From Octopus sinensis (taxonomy: Eukaryota), in NCBI RefSeq assembly GCF_006345805.1, contig NW_021828614.1:1-7992 (forward strand): DNA of 7,992 nt, given 5' to 3'. Below, piece by piece: positions 7,712-7,992 of the stretch. Positions within the stretch are counted from its first letter, which is position 1. Each line of letters opens with the position of its first letter. Both the position numbers and the translations under genes were made by a program. Under the pieces are notes generated by a model. That model was not told the DNA's origin. It ran no database searches and saw only the letters and a program-made list of their open reading frames with translations.

Positions 7712-7890
7712 TGGCAAGCATGGTTCTGTATTATTTAAGGGACGTTTAGCAAGCATGTGCTGTCCGATTAACTTCCACGCTACGGCACTTTGTGCTGGTA
7801 TCTTCTATTATACAGCTCCGAGTCAACCACTGTCTTCTGGGTGAATGTCGTAGATGGAAACTGTGATGAAGCCAATCGCATATATATGTT
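7712..7890 (+). mobile_element. Old diverged 5' half of a family-1 SINE
   Basis: tcttctattatacagctccgagtcaacc...gtagatggaaactgtgatgaagccaatcgcatatatatg aligns with the reverse complement of 6490-6575. It ends at the internal microsatellite. The 5' boundary is approximate. Confidence 0.7.
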
Positions 7891-7893
7891 TGT

Positions 7894-7992
7894 TATTTCT
7901 TTATTGCCCACAAGGGGCTCAACAAAAAGGGGACAAACAAGGACAGACAAAGGGATTAAGTCGATTACATCGACCCCGAAAGTCGACCTCGG
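7894..7992 (-). mobile_element. 3' part of a family-2a SINE with two internal deletions, truncated by the window edge
   Basis: Aligns to 4505-4649 with gaps of 32 bp and 14 bp. Confidence 0.88.

Overview
Non-coding, repeat-dense eukaryotic DNA. The SINE sequences match, from recall and not from a search, the abundant tRNA-derived SINEs of Octopus/cephalopod genomes. No protein-coding gene is supportable: the listed ORFs come from microsatellites or antisense SINE sequence, or show no recognisable homology. The window holds about 11 copies or fragments of two tRNA-headed SINE families, called family 1 and family 2 here (working labels; family 2 has tail types a and b), plus many (TA)n, (CA)n and (ATT/GTT)n microsatellites. 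It also holds three different minimal type I hammerhead-ribozyme motifs: 97-140 (+, all core residues intact), 838-875 (-, degenerate) and 3989-4033 (+, one core change, perfect palindromic stem III). Two of these lie in Penelope-like terminal segments. The third lies in an unidentified, hairpin-rich ~300-bp element ending in (ATT)n. A young SINE with a perfect 19-bp TSD is nested inside an older relative (4486-4760). A possible heavily decayed Penelope-like ORF on the minus strand (about 1015-2241) is seen by eye only and is low confidence.
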